DNA of 64,000 nucleotides from Octopus sinensis (lineage: Eukaryota). Position numbers and translations under genes: made by a program. The stretch is taken from assembly GCF_006345805.1 (NCBI RefSeq), contig NC_043001.1, positions 42,284,001-42,348,000 on the forward strand, written 5' to 3'. The notes under the pieces were generated by a model. It was given only the letters and a program-made list of their open reading frames with translations, had not been told where the DNA came from and did no database searches. This document shows positions 25,171 through 37,940 of this stretch, piece after piece (the stretch's first letter is position 1; each line of letters starts with the position of its first letter).

Positions 25171-25787
25171 ATCATCAGAAAAGCATCTAAGAAACTGTCA
25201 TCTTACCAGCAGCTGATATGCATTTTGGTCACCTGACAAGTTTTCATAAACTACATTTACTTTCAAGTACTTTCTTGAAACTGTTGTGTCAACTTAGTGC
25301 ACACTGGAATTAACAGTGTATTGTCAGTCTAACCAAGATACTTTGATAATCTGTACACACAACAGTTACCGTGTCTGCATAGCACTGACTTCCTATTTAC
25401 TCATTACTAACACTGAAAAAAGCTACTTACTAATGACTTTGATAGTAGAGATTATACTAACGTATTTGTTTTTAACTTATTCACAGTTCTACATTTCTTG
25501 GCAGATATTTTCTTCCATGTTTAAACAAAAATTTTATAGTATATATCTCATGAATACCTGACTCAAGATTCTGTTAGGATTCTAAGAAATACGAATGAAA
25601 ACAAAATTTTGCTGATAAGTCACTGAAATTACAGTTCTTTTGGTGAATCTGCAACTAAAGCTATCAAAATTGCTTTTACTCTCAAATATTTAATTGAAGT
25701 TAACTTTTTCCACTGCTTGCAAAACTAAAATTAATGATCTCCAAAAACTGCAATAAAATGGACAATTGAAAAGAAGTGCTACAGCAA

Positions 25788-26120
25788 TCGTCATCATCAT
25801 TTGTTTTTCTGCTGGTACAAGTTCAATGGGTTGTCACAATTTAAATCAGTTCCTATTTGGTGCTACTGCCCTCCTAGATAGACTGGAGGCCCATTCCTGG
25901 CTCATACATGCCACTTTGGCATGGTCTCTATGGCTGGATATCCTTCCTAATGCCAATCACTTTACAGAGTATTTTGAGTGCATTTTATTGTGGCACCAGC
26001 ACAAAAGATGTTATGTTTTCAGCATTCTAAGGAATCCTCTCTATCAGCCATTATCTCCATATGTTCGACAACTGCTTTACTGTGGGTTTTCAGTGTACTT
26101 TATTGTAGCACCAACATGAG
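25788..26120 (-). mobile_element. Degenerate RTE 3' tail with an internal duplication
   Basis: catcatcatttg...tggctggatatccttcctaatgccaatcac...ttttattgtggcaccagcac; the ttattgt(g/a)gcacca motif is repeated. Confidence 0.7.
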
Positions 26121-26692
26121 ACATTGCTTTGTCCTTTGCAAAACTAAGGAGTCCTCTCTATTCTGCTGGTTCAAAGCATATGTGATTAGAAGAGAGTCCA
26201 AGTGCATAAACAAGGCAAATGTATTATAAAATGTGAGAGATGTGTGTATAAGTGTGATGTAATAACAGAATGATGGATGCAAAAGGATGGCAGGGCAAAA
26301 AGTAATGCAGGAGAAATGACGATAGGCAGTTTGAAAAATATACACAACCTTGTAGCCAAATTAAAGATATTTTACTTGACTTACTTTTGCAATAACCATC
26401 TTTAACTTTTTAGCTGCTTTGATATATCAAACTGAATATTCAACCATGAACTAAAAAATATTATCTAACATAATGTACATTGAGTTGTAAAACATCTCTG
26501 AGCAATTCAATTAAAAATAAAAAAATTTCAAAATGCTTTGGCATAATAGACGATAAAATATTCTTTTTTTAATGTTAACTTTGAGAACCTCTGCGCATAC
26601 TGCAGATAGTTTATGATCTGGTGAAAGTTATTTGTATACATAATGGAAAAGCGAATCCCTTTAACTCTCAAAAACTCATTCTTCTTTTTCAG

Positions 26693-26754
26693 CTGAAGAG
26701 TTTGATTTCAAACATCAGAATTCTGTTCTCACCACAGAATACAAAATTTATGAA
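26693..26754 (+). CDS. Weak candidate terminal exon (xEEFDFKHQNSVLTTEYKIL*)
   Basis: Strong acceptor cattcttctttttcag, 20 codons to TGA, AT-rich UTR-like downstream DNA. No upstream exon identified. Confidence 0.22.
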
Positions 26755-28344
26755 ATTCATTAAATAAGTTTTGATGATGAAACCACTAGTTTCCTCAAAC
26801 TTTGGTTGTATCTGTTATGTGTTCTAAATTATTTGAAACATATTTAGTGCCCTATTTGTTTCTAACTTCTGGTCTTCTTAATTGCTTTACATTTCCAGAA
26901 TGTGAATAGTTAGCACTTATCTTAGGTTTATTTAATGTTCCTTTTACTTTTGCTTTTACACATTTTAATTTAAAGTGGCAAATAGAACCAATTTAAAATG
27001 GTTTATGCTGTAATAAAGATATCAGGCAAAACGTTTTTACAATATTTTATTTTTAACTGTAATATAACTGAATTAAAATATACTCTATCATGAAAAAAAT
27101 TAAAAAGATTTATCTTAGAACAATGATAAAAATACTCATCAAACACTTTGGTCAATTTTGTAATTGTTTCAAGTGAAAATCTTGTGAAATTTATTATTGT
27201 TTAAAAAAAAAAATGAAACCTACAAAAACTTTAAGGCAGGTTCATTAATACCCCAACACCACACACAAATTGAGAATGTAAAGTAATACCATAAAAAAAC
27301 TACAAACTAATATTATAATCTTTGCAAACATGGTTAGGATTTATATATCAGATTCTTACTACTACTATCATCACCAACAACAAACCTACATGCTGTAATA
27401 ATTGTCAAAGCAAAGGCTAACAAATTTTTCATAAGGCACTCCCTTATTGTTTGTAATTTTAATTTTTTTCCCGTTTTAGTCATGTTAAGTTCATTTTTTT
27501 TGATAACTAGTAAGATCAGAAATAAAATTTTGGAGTGTTCTGGATTTGTTTTGTTAGAGGTTACATAATCTTAATAAACAAAATATGATATTGTAAAACT
27601 CTTAACATATTATATTATATTCTGCTTAGTAAGCAAAATTAACATAATTTAATAGAAAAGTGTGATATGACAGGATATGACCTCATTATTAAAGCTTGGA
27701 CATATTTTACCTTCCAGAATCTGTAATATAATTAAGAACATTTAGTTATTATTACATACAATAGTGCTAGTGTTTGAGCAGTATATACATTATTGCTAAT
27801 CTGATTTGAATGTTTCCATTGTGTAAGAGTTAGTGAGTAAAAATAAACGTTACTAAAGAAAGTATTAGTAAGAAAACAGTAATTGAACATAAAATAGCAC
27901 ACAGACAAGAATGAATTATTTGATAATATTCTTTATTAAAAATATACTGAACTCATTTTCCCATGAATATTAGTGTATTGAAAACGTATTCATCATATAT
28001 ATATTTATGGAAGTTGAGGATAATGCTAACTGGGAAGTTTAGCAGAAATAGTTAACCCTGTATGGGCTCTTATTTCAAATAATTTGAGAACCAAATTTGT
28101 TGCTGTGGTAAGCTGTTTTCAGTTTCCTTCTACTGAAATTACATGACCAGTGCTTTTTAACCTCTGATTTTTTTTCCAATTAAAGCAATAAAATATCTGT
28201 AGATAATTTAAAAAAAGCTTTTGAGATTTCATCTTTATTTGATGATGTAAATCAATAAATCTAACAATATTTTAGTAACTGGCAGAGTCAATGGCATTAC
28301 AGGTTGCTATATTCAAAATATATTATCAACACCACCATTGGATC

Positions 28345-28560
28345 AGATGGAATTTTTTGAGGCAGGTTTTCAATGGCCAGGTGCTCTTCCTGTCCCCAAC
28401 CCATACCTATTTCCAAGCAAGGTAATATTTCTCACTAGCCAGACATATTCTCACAGAATATCAGAAATGAATGACACTGCTTGTATGACAGTGACAACCA
28501 TTTACAACTGTCACAAGATAATGAGACACAAATATACACACACATCTGCATACATGTAAC
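28345..28560 (-). mobile_element. Second (GAT)n-tailed, RTE-related repeat family, copy 1
   Basis: ggatcagatggaattt..gaggcagg..gctcttcctgtccccaacc..aaggtaatatttc..ccagaca; homologous to 35180-35440 and 63735-63900. Confidence 0.7.
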
Positions 28561-28565
28561 CCTAT

Positions 28566-28609
<44 letters not shown>

Positions 28610-29659
28610 CACACACACACATATATATTACATACAGATCTCAAAAAAAAATGTGCAGTGGAAAAAATAAACTATCAAGATGAAATAATTATTCAAAAAT
28701 AGGAATCAAAGTTTTGTTATATTCCTGCTCAGCATCAATACTTGAAAATAAATACATTAAAAATATAATCTAAAGGCAAAAAAAAAAATGCTTAAAAAAC
28801 ATTAACACTATAAATCAGGTAAAAAAAATAGGGTATTTTCTTAGGATATTAATGTGAAAGTGAAGCAGTTTTAACAGGTAATCAAAAGCAGTATACAATT
28901 GTTTAACTAAGTGCTTTTAGCTTTACTGATGATTCTCCTTGAAAAAAAAAAGAATTAATAAAAAAATATTGATAAAAAAATATATCAGCTGGCATATGCA
29001 TAAATTATTAATCTCAGTAAAATTTGAAGAGATAGTTGCATGGAATTTACAAGATTTGCCAACATTTATCAAGACTAAATTAACCTTGGTCTGATCTTAA
29101 AAAGAAGTTTGAAGAAACATGCTTGAGATTCAAATCAGTTAAAGATTTTTTCTTTCTTTTCTAGAAGGCACTCGAGTTTAATATCCAAACTGTTTTTAAA
29201 ACAAGTTGTTGAATCTCTTCACTACTGCCATCTCTACTGAGTGTTCTTTGACAAAAGTTAAACATATAAAAAGACATCAACAAAACAGTGTAGATGCAAT
29301 ACAATGACAAAAATATTTCTCTTCATTTTGGAGTAAGTAACCCAGTAAATCAATGTCTTAATTTTGCAGTCTTGCAAAAAGTATAAGCTCTCTTTTCTTT
29401 TTGATTTAACAAAAAAAAAAAAAAAAATTAATGTTTATTTTTTTCTTTAAAGATTTAAAATCAATGATATTTTGAAAGATTTCATACACTGAGTGGCAAA
29501 CTCAAAACAGTTTTAATACTGGTTTTTCATACATGTCAACATATGTACTGGTCAACAATTTAGAAGCATCATAGTTAAAAACAGCTAGTTTTATACCAAT
29601 CAACATTTTAGGACAATCCTTCCCACAAACCCAAAATAAAACAAATATTTAAAATAGTC

Positions 29660-29694
<35 letters not shown>

Positions 29695-32600
29695 AATCAA
29701 AATATACAATATTATAGATCCCTTTCAGCTGATCTTACCAATCGGTTTCACATTGGGTATTAGATAATTGTGTGTGTCTGTGTGTTACCATTTTTAACAA
29801 GCAACAAGATGTGCATAATCCTCATTAGAACAAGCAATACATCTTAACAGCAAGAAGTGTCACTACTATAAAGGTCAGCAATAGGTCATTTAGCTATTAT
29901 TAAGTTAAGTCATAGGGTTAAATAAATTCAAAAAATAAACTGAGAAGAAACATCTTCCAGAGTAGGAAATAAAGTATATATTCCAATGGCTATATATATT
30001 TTACTGCAATATCCCATTAAAAATATATTGGGATTTGCATTTTCAAAAGAGTTCCAATCTATTTATGGAACAAATGTAATTAATATATAAAAAGGAAAAA
30101 GAAAAAATGAGAGAAGAAATAGAGATAACAGAGGCTAGGCTATATTAAGTAAAAATCAAAATCATGCTGGTATAGAAAATAAAGTTTCAAAATATTAGGA
30201 AACAATAAATCAATTGCAAAGAGTGGAATGCTTATGTGAGGCCAGGTTTTAAAACTGAAGGTAAAAAAACATAGCAGTTATTCCCTTTTTGGATTCTAAC
30301 AATTTACCAGTATACTATAGTGGTAAACTTCCCAATTATATTATGAAATGCAAAGATACAATACATACACATATCCACAAAGTTGAAAGTGAGATGTTTT
30401 TCTATGACAAACATTCAAACTTTTATACAATTGACTTTAAATCTGTCATACATCTATTATCAGTAAAGTTTGAGCAAAACATTAGCAGATATGTTCAGTT
30501 GGTTGATTAAAAAAATGGTGAGTAAAATTTCCTTTCAATTTTATATATTCCTAAGTATTATTTAAAATTGTATGTTTAACAATACCATAAAGGTTCCAGG
30601 CTGTTTCTGTCAAGTTCTAAATAAAATTCAAATGAGAATTTTTTTGTTAATAAACATAGGTTCTTTAATATATCTGCAAACCTACAAAATAGCATAAGTA
30701 AACTGGCAGATTTTATGGTTGAATATCAATTTGCATTTAATATAATAGAAATAATTCTGACAAAATGGATGAAATTTATTTTTAAAGAAAATTTACTATA
30801 ACATACAAATACAAGAATCTGTATATGCTAGATTCAGTTAAATTAGATTTTATATTTGAAGCACTGAATCTAGTTTAATCGCTAAGTTTATAATTTCTAT
30901 GTGTATTTGCATGTATATGTGTGCATCTGATATATTTTTTTAGAGATGAAAGTATGGCAACCTTGAGCTTTTTTAACACAAGGATTGCTGCAATAGGAAG
31001 GAGCACACCAATATTTCGAATTAACCTCAAATAAGAGACTTGGTCCAGATTGTTGCAACAGAGTCAACTCCACTACAAGTATACAAAAGTATAGATAAAT
31101 CTGCTTTTAGGTAATAAGGACCTATGAAGGTAATTAATTTACATTATTACTAGAAATGTGATACAAGTAGAGCCAAAGACCCAGATTTTGGTTACAACAA
31201 TGTAAGTGTATAAAACATCTCTGCATACACATGGGTATCATTTAAAAAATAATTTTTTTGCTTATATTGGCATAAGTTAGACATCATAAGCTTGCTTGCC
31301 TCTCTCCATTACATTTTGCTCTGTGCTAGGTTCTGGGTCTCGAAAAGGAAAATACAAATTCTAAAACAGAGTAGACTTACTTAGAACCTACTAAATGTAT
31401 TGTAAAAGATTAATTCATTTATAAACTGACTACTACATTGTACAAGATGATCTAAATAAATTGCTGGTTGGTAAATGCAAAAATACATAACATAGAAAAC
31501 TACATGTATATCTATATATATATATATCTATCTACCTATATATATATATATATAATATAAAGAATCAAATTTTGTATCACACTACTGTAATGTTACATCA
31601 TCTCGACATTTAAACCAATAAAATATATTTCATTCCATATTATAACATATTTTCTGTTCATTTTCTTATATAATTTAATATATATCTATACATAATGTGT
31701 ACACATCAGCATAAATTTTTAGCTATATGTGTGTGTGTGTGTGTAGGTATACAGATAGAAAGATAGCTGTTTCCAGTTTATTAATTAGACAGATAAAAAA
31801 TGTATTTTTAAATATTTTAAAGAAAAACTAATGGAGATTTATTTTGGTCCTTTGAGAGGAGAAAAATTAATTTAGATTAAATTTTCTCAACTCCATTTAA
31901 AACTAAGCATTTTACATTTTGTTACTTTAGTGGTCAGCTGATTAAAAAGCTTGCTAGTTAACATCTTCCACCTTAGAAATAAAACAAACTTAAAAGAGTT
32001 GGAGTTAAAGCATTTCATTAAATGAAATATATATATATATATTGCCAAAAATATCTCTGATATCTAACCTAGTTCTCTTTGATATCAGTTTCAAATATGA
32101 ACATACCATCTATACAAAGTAATAAATCAGAATTCTCAATTCTTTACTTCGACAAGATAAGTATTAAAAAACGTAATATTACATGAGTATAGTCCCAAGA
32201 TACATCTTAAATGAGTATATAATATATGAATAAAATATTTGAAAGATAGTCTACATTAAAATGAAAGAAGGTTTAAATTCTAATTTTTTCAATATCAATT
32301 TAAGTTGAATACACACAAAAATTCATTGTTAATCATATATGTATATAGAAAGAGAGAGGTGAGTCAAAGACTACATATAATAAAAGATTATATAAAAATG
32401 TACACTGAAATATATATTTAAAAAAATCCTTTAGTAAGTCCTTAATAACCACCGAGTTATAAATTGTGATATAAATTGTGTGTTTCATAGAAACATCTTG
32501 TAGGGATGGTTTATATTAATGATATATTATAGACAATAGTTGATATAATTGAATTCCTAGATATATATCTTATATGTAGCACTCATGTAGAAATTGGCTC

Positions 32601-33429
32601 ATGTAACTAATGGAAATTATAGACTTCAAATTTTTGAAACTCAATCTGGCCAAGGTAAATTTGGTCATTCACTATTTATTGACTTAATATACAAGAATAA
32701 GGAAATTACTTGCATTAATGTTAAAAAAGTTGAATGCAGGCATATTAGTATGTATAAGAGTTTTTACTTAACAATTGAAAATTCATGTACTTGTAAGTCA
32801 ACTTGACCTTTTTTTACATATTGCCTAATCATTGCAAAATGTATTGCCTGTACAGTCAGATTGTATTAAGAAAAAAATAAAATGAAATCTGATAAATTGC
32901 ATCAACTAACTTTTTTATGCCAGATTTTGCCATGTGTTTTGTTTTATAGAATTTTGTATATAATGTATAAAAGCAATACATTATAACAAATAACTTCTAA
33001 CGATTTCATATGAAAAAACTTTTATGTATATGAATGTCTACAGCTCATTATTATATCGTAGTATCATCATACATTCACATCCAATGTTTCTACTGTAATT
33101 ATACACACATACATACAGTTGATACTTGGTGTCACTCATTCAAACAAATGTCACTTCATATCTCAAACATTAGGGCAATTTTTGTTTTGTAAATTTTTGC
33201 ATTTTAATGAATAATGATTATATATGTTATTTTTGTTTCATGTTAATTTTTTTTATATCTAACTGCCTTTTATCATAATGATATGGAACCCAAAAATATT
33301 AATTCAATATGAATAAATCTTCTGGAAGGGCTGCAAAAAATTATGAAGAATTTTTCTGCATTTGAAAAGGTTAAACAATAGTGGGAAGATAATTTTGATT
33401 TTGTAAATTTTTTAGGCACATTTTCTAAC

Positions 33430-33677
33430 CTTCCCACCACTCACTATCACCAATTAATTCAAAATCACTTCGATTTAGATTTAGAACTTCAAGAGAGGAA
33501 TGAAAAGACTTTTTTCTTCTTGATCTGCAATGTTTTTTGCGATTTTGGTCTAAGGTTTCAATTCGCTGTAGTAGGGAATCTATTTCAAAGTAGTCAGCTT
33601 CTTCTTTCAACATCAACAGTTCTCTGAAACCATTTGGAAGCAACAGTTTGGAAGTCCGCATGAAATTTAGGACATAC
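33430..33677 (-). CDS. BTB/POZ (T1-type) domain exon of a KCTD-family protein (KCTD1/15- or KCTD6/11/21-like)
   Basis: Acceptor ttgtttctatttttag, then (R)YVLNFMRTSKLLLPNGFRELLMLKEEADYFEIDSLLQRIE, matching the KCTD FRYxLNFLRTSxLxLP...EAxF/Y helix. Ends either at donor G|GTTAGA (33430) or at the in-frame TAG (33425-33427). The N-terminal BTB exon was not found in the window. Confidence 0.88.
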
Positions 33678-34269
33678 CTAAAAATAGAAACAAAATGTCA
33701 TTAATTTTATTATCTTTTAAAGTTTACCATTAAGCATATAATAGAAAACATGTTGCTAATATTTTCTAGCATTTCATGGTTTTGTGGATTATATATATAT
33801 TCACGTTTTGAGAAAAGATGAAACTGTATGGAATCTTTCACATATCTTAGATATCTAATGTCCAATATCAACCTCAAACTAACTGAACATTGATCTTTAT
33901 TGGTTGAATAAGTAACATTAGAAAAAAGTAAAATGAGAAGCTAATATTGTAACTGAAACTATTTTATCTTAGTGTGTTTATATTGACTTTATGAAATCAA
34001 ATGTCTCAAAAGAAATAGTTTAGTATTATTTTAGTTAATTATATTGAAATTATGAATTTTGGACTCCTTAAATTTGTTTCCTGTGATTAAACTGAAAATA
34101 TTGTGATAACCAGATCATTATAATGTAATGGCATGAAAGTAAGTTAGATCTAAATAACATATGATCATGAACTCATTGTTATAACTGAGTTTACAAAAAT
34201 TGTTTAGAAACTTGAACTGCAATTATTAAGATTCTAAATTCCTTTAAAAAGTAAACAATGGTAATGATG

Positions 34270-34620
34270 TTGATAATAATAACTTCAAACAGAGGCACAA
34301 AACCAGAAATTTTGAGAGGAGGGGAACAGTTGATTACATAGACTAAAGTCTTTTTTCTTCCTGATACGTTATTTTACCAACCCCTGAAGGATGAAAAGCA
34401 AAGTTGATTTTGCTGAGACTTGAACTTAGAATTTTAAGAGCTGAAACAAATACTGCAAGGTATTTTTGCTTAATACTGATTTGGAAGAAATAGACAATTT
34501 AATTGATCCTAATATTTTACTGGTACTTATTTTATCAACATCAGTAGGATAGCAGGCTAAGCTGACATCAGGAGTTGAATACAGAAAGTAAAGGAGCATA
34601 ATTAAGTACCATAAAATATT
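34270..34620 (-). mobile_element. Two degenerate family-1 SINEs
   Basis: ggcacaaaacc..gattacat..gaaggatgaaaagcaaagttga..gaact; and tggtacttattttatcaac..aggatag. Confidence 0.65.
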
Positions 34621-34621
34621 T

Positions 34622-35180
34622 TGTTCACTGTGCTATTGATTCTGATTCATGAAGGAAACAATTAACTAAATTCTCTTTATTGGGCCAGTTGAGAAATAAT
34701 ACAGCCACAACCAAGACAAATTTGGAACTTACACACACACTGGAAATGGTAACAAAACTATGAAATACCAACAGACAACAAATAGTATAGGAATATACCA
34801 GAAAAGGTCTCACAGAATGAGAAAGTGACCATACTCTGGGATATGCCAACACACATACTCAAAAAGATCAGGACTAATTAACTAGATATAGTTATTAAGG
34901 ATTTGTCAGGAAAAATACACCTCCTAATCAACATATCTGCCCCAACTAATGATAATGTGTCTCTCAAAGGAACAGAGTAATTATCCAATATAAACATCTG
35001 AAAACAGAGATAACCCAAATATCAAAGACTGAATATAGAAACAATCCCTTAAACAATGTGTCTTGGGAATGATAAAAAAAAAAAAGATTCAGACAAAAAC
35101 ATGACTCAAACCCTCAAGATTAAACAATATGCACATCATAGGAAATAGCACTAGCAGGCATTGCTCACATATTACATAGA
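34622..35180 (+). mobile_element. R4/Dong-like non-LTR retrotransposon 3' fragment (zinc knuckle plus RLE endonuclease)
   Basis: CSLC...ETIN..., YTHW, PEKVSQNEKVTILWDMPTH....RTN*LDIVIKD...LLINISAPTNDNVSLK.TE*LSKYKHL..EI, LGMIKK, IALAGIAHIL.RELSI. Contains stops and frameshifts. Confidence 0.82.
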
Positions 35181-35440
35181 GAGCTCTCAATAGAATCATC
35201 ATCATCATTTTCCCCTGTTTGCATGGGTCAGATAGAATTTGTTAAAACAGATTTTATACAGCCAAATGCCCTTCTTTTCATAAACCTTGATCTGTTTCCA
35301 CATAAGGTAATATTTCCCCATGACCAGACATGCTTTCACAGAAATTGGGAAAGAAGGATACTGCTTGCATGAAGGTAGCACTCATTTATAACTACTCTGC
35401 AATATCAAAACAAGGAGACACACACATTCATATATTCACT
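35180..35440 (-). mobile_element. Second RTE-related repeat family, copy 2
   Basis: catcatcatcattttcccc..gcatgggtcagatagaatttg..aaggtaatatttccccatgaccagacatg. Confidence 0.7.
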
Positions 35441-35604
35441 TCAAGATGCCATGCAATGATACTGAACCTGGGACCGTGTGGTTGGGAAGCAAACATCTTA
35501 CCACACAACCATGAGAATGAAAAACCAAAACAAAACCCTGCTTGTACACAAGACAAAGTTATGCTCAGTAATACAGTGAATACAAGCAATAAGACAGTGA
35601 GTAA

Positions 35605-35639
<35 letters not shown>

Positions 35640-35642
<3 letters not shown>

Positions 35643-36050
35643 TGTTTCTAACATAGGTACAGAGCCAGCAATTTTCAAGGAGGGGATTAGTTGATACCAT
35701 CAAAGCCAGTACTTGAGTAGTGCTTTATTTAATTTCACCTAGAATGAAAGGCAAAGTTGGGATTTGAACTCAGAATGTAATGAGCTAGAAGAAACACCAC
35801 AACTCATTGTGTTTGAGATTCTAATGATTCAGCCAATCCACCTTAATAATCCTTTCCATCATAGACACAAAGCCTGAATTTGAGGGGAAAGGGTTAAGTT
35901 GATTACATTAACCCCAGTGTGCAGCTGGTACTTATTTTATCCAAAAGGATGAAAGGCAAAGTCAACTTCAGCGTAATTTGAACTAGGAACTTAAAGACAG
36001 ACAAAATGCTTAGCAGCATTTTGTCTGGCATACTAGCAATTCTGCCAAGC
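35640..36050 (-). mobile_element. Two tandem family-1 SINEs
   Basis: Two successive ...aaggatgaaaggcaaagt...atttgaact... units (35640-35845 and 35850-36050). Confidence 0.8.
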
Positions 36051-36054
36051 CAGA

Positions 36055-36059
36055 ACAGC

Positions 36060-36103
<44 letters not shown>

Positions 36104-36140
36104 GAAGAAGAAGAAGAGAAGAAGAAGAAGAAGAAGAAGA
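36055..36140. repeat. (AAT)n(AAG)n compound microsatellite
   Basis: Seen directly. Another (AAT)n lies at about 35605-35642. Confidence 0.95.
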
Positions 36141-36803
36141 GCTGTAACTAAACTGTTGAGTTTAGAATACAGAGAGAAAGAGGAAAATTTTATTGTGTAC
36201 AACTTAAGACAATTTACATTATTTCTATTTGACTTTTTTTAGTCTATATATAGGGTACCGTTAGTGTAACAAATTTTTGATCTTGTACTAGACCTCATAA
36301 TACAGCTAACAATTTCAGGTCACAGTGGCAACAACAAATGAATAGAAATGATAAACAGAAGATATAGATTATCAAAGACCCAGAGACAGCATGACGCTTC
36401 CTTCTGGAGTAGGAACACTATTTCAAAAGGTGCAATAAATTTTGGCCAAGTAGAAAATGAACATATTCTTTGGGGGCACTGAAAAAAATTTAGAATTTCT
36501 TGAAGCCAGTTTTGACCATACTGAGTACTTAGAGTTTTGAAAAGAAATAACTGGAAATATCTTTGTAAAAGTGAGAACATTGGGTATCATTTTGTCCTAA
36601 AGATTTACTTAGTACAATGTTCCATTTTGTTTTTAATTAAGAAAGGAATATTGAAATGAAGGAGTCAGTAGTTCTATTAAAAAAATATGAGGGGTTAGAA
36701 ATGGAGCTGATTGGAAAGAATTTCCAAAAATTAAAGCAAAATATGGTAGCAACAACAGAATTTTGGGGATTGATCCAAGTCAATATAGTAGCTGAAGGCA
36801 GAA

Positions 36804-37213
36804 TCTACTATAATAATATTCTTGAGTTTTTCTCTGTCACAACATATGAATGAGAAAGGAAGAGGTGATGCCAAACTGGTAGTGTGTGAGTATATCTGTG
36901 TGTATGTAAAAGGGAGGTATGTGAATGTTTGTTTGTGTGTGTGTGCAATGGAAGTGGGATAGTGAACATTCAATACTGAAAAGAAAAATCAAACAGTGTT
37001 TCAACTCTGTGTATGTATACGTGTGTGTGTACACAAGGGAAGTATGTGAATGTATGAGTGAGCAAACATTCTTTCAGTAACAAATGGTGATCAATGTCAC
37101 ATCTGAAAAGACAACCACTAGATAACATTGACGAGTGTATTTGATTTACCATCCATATTTATATATAGAATACTACAATTAACCATCGTGTTTGATGGCA
37201 TGGAGCTAGCTAG
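36804..37213 (+). mobile_element. Non-autonomous Helitron (family A)
   Basis: A|TCTACTATAATAA start; ccatcg-tgtt-tgatgg hairpin (37183-37198) about 11 nt before CTAG|T. Homologous to 51266-52360. Confidence 0.75.
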
Positions 37214-37229
37214 TATAAAATACATCCTG

Positions 37230-37425
37230 ATGCCAGTGCTGGTGCCACACAAAAAGCATCTAGTACATTCTGCAAAGTGGTTGGCATAAGGAAGGGCATC
37301 CAGCCACAGAAACCATGCCAGAACAAACAATGGAGCTTGGCACAGCACCTGACCTTACCAGCTTTGGTCAAACCATCCAACCCACTCAAGCATGGAAAAC
37401 GGATGTTAAATGATGATGATTATGA
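37230..37425 (+). mobile_element. RTE 3' tail
   Basis: gctggtgccacacaaaaagc..gtggttggcataaggaagggcatccagcc..catggaaaacggatgttaaatgatgatgat. Confidence 0.82.
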
Positions 37426-37759
37426 TGTTGCCAGTCTAATTGATCGTTGAATCTATTTTTACTCATATCATTTAGTAAATCATTAAAATCATTCAGAAAG
37501 GCATAAACGTATGCATTGCTATATGTATGTGTATTCCATTTTTTTTCATCTTCTGAAGTCAGTGGGGATAATCACTCATCGACAGTTATTTTGATATTAT
37601 TGAATACAAACAGTCAAGTCAAAAATATATATATTTGCTTTTAGAATATTTGTTTTCTCTGTGAATGAAATAATAGTGCATCAATTTTCATGTAATTATT
37701 TATGCGCTGTGTTTATATTTTTCCTTGTTTCTCATTAGCTGTGATTTCTTAGGTGATGA

Positions 37760-37940
37760 GTTGGCAGAATTGTTACAGTATCAGAATATTTGTTCTGGTT
37801 CTTAATGCTGATTTCATTTCTCATCAAGATCAACTTTGTCTTTCATCCCCCTAGGGTTGATAAAAGAAAGTACTAGTCATATGCTGGAACTGACCGGTAA
37901 TGACATCAAACTTACTGGCTTTTTGCATAAATTAGAAAAC
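37760..37940 (+). mobile_element. Degenerate family-1 SINE
   Basis: gagttggcagaattgttac..ctttgtctttcatcccc..gttgataaaagaaagtac. Confidence 0.65.

Noticed and set aside
26693-26725. CTGAAGA followed by a 6-bp hairpin GTTTGA/TCAAAC
   Set aside because: No GAAA follows the stem, so it is not a hammerhead.
29165-29240. LFLKQVVESLHYCH, kinase subdomain VIa-like
   Set aside because: An immediate stop and no HRD motif; the T-rich opposite strand is also open by chance.
30940-31130. GC-richer stretch open in several frames as the next KCTD exon
   Set aside because: A phase-compatible acceptor exists, but the peptide has no recognisable homology and several mutually exclusive readings fit equally well.
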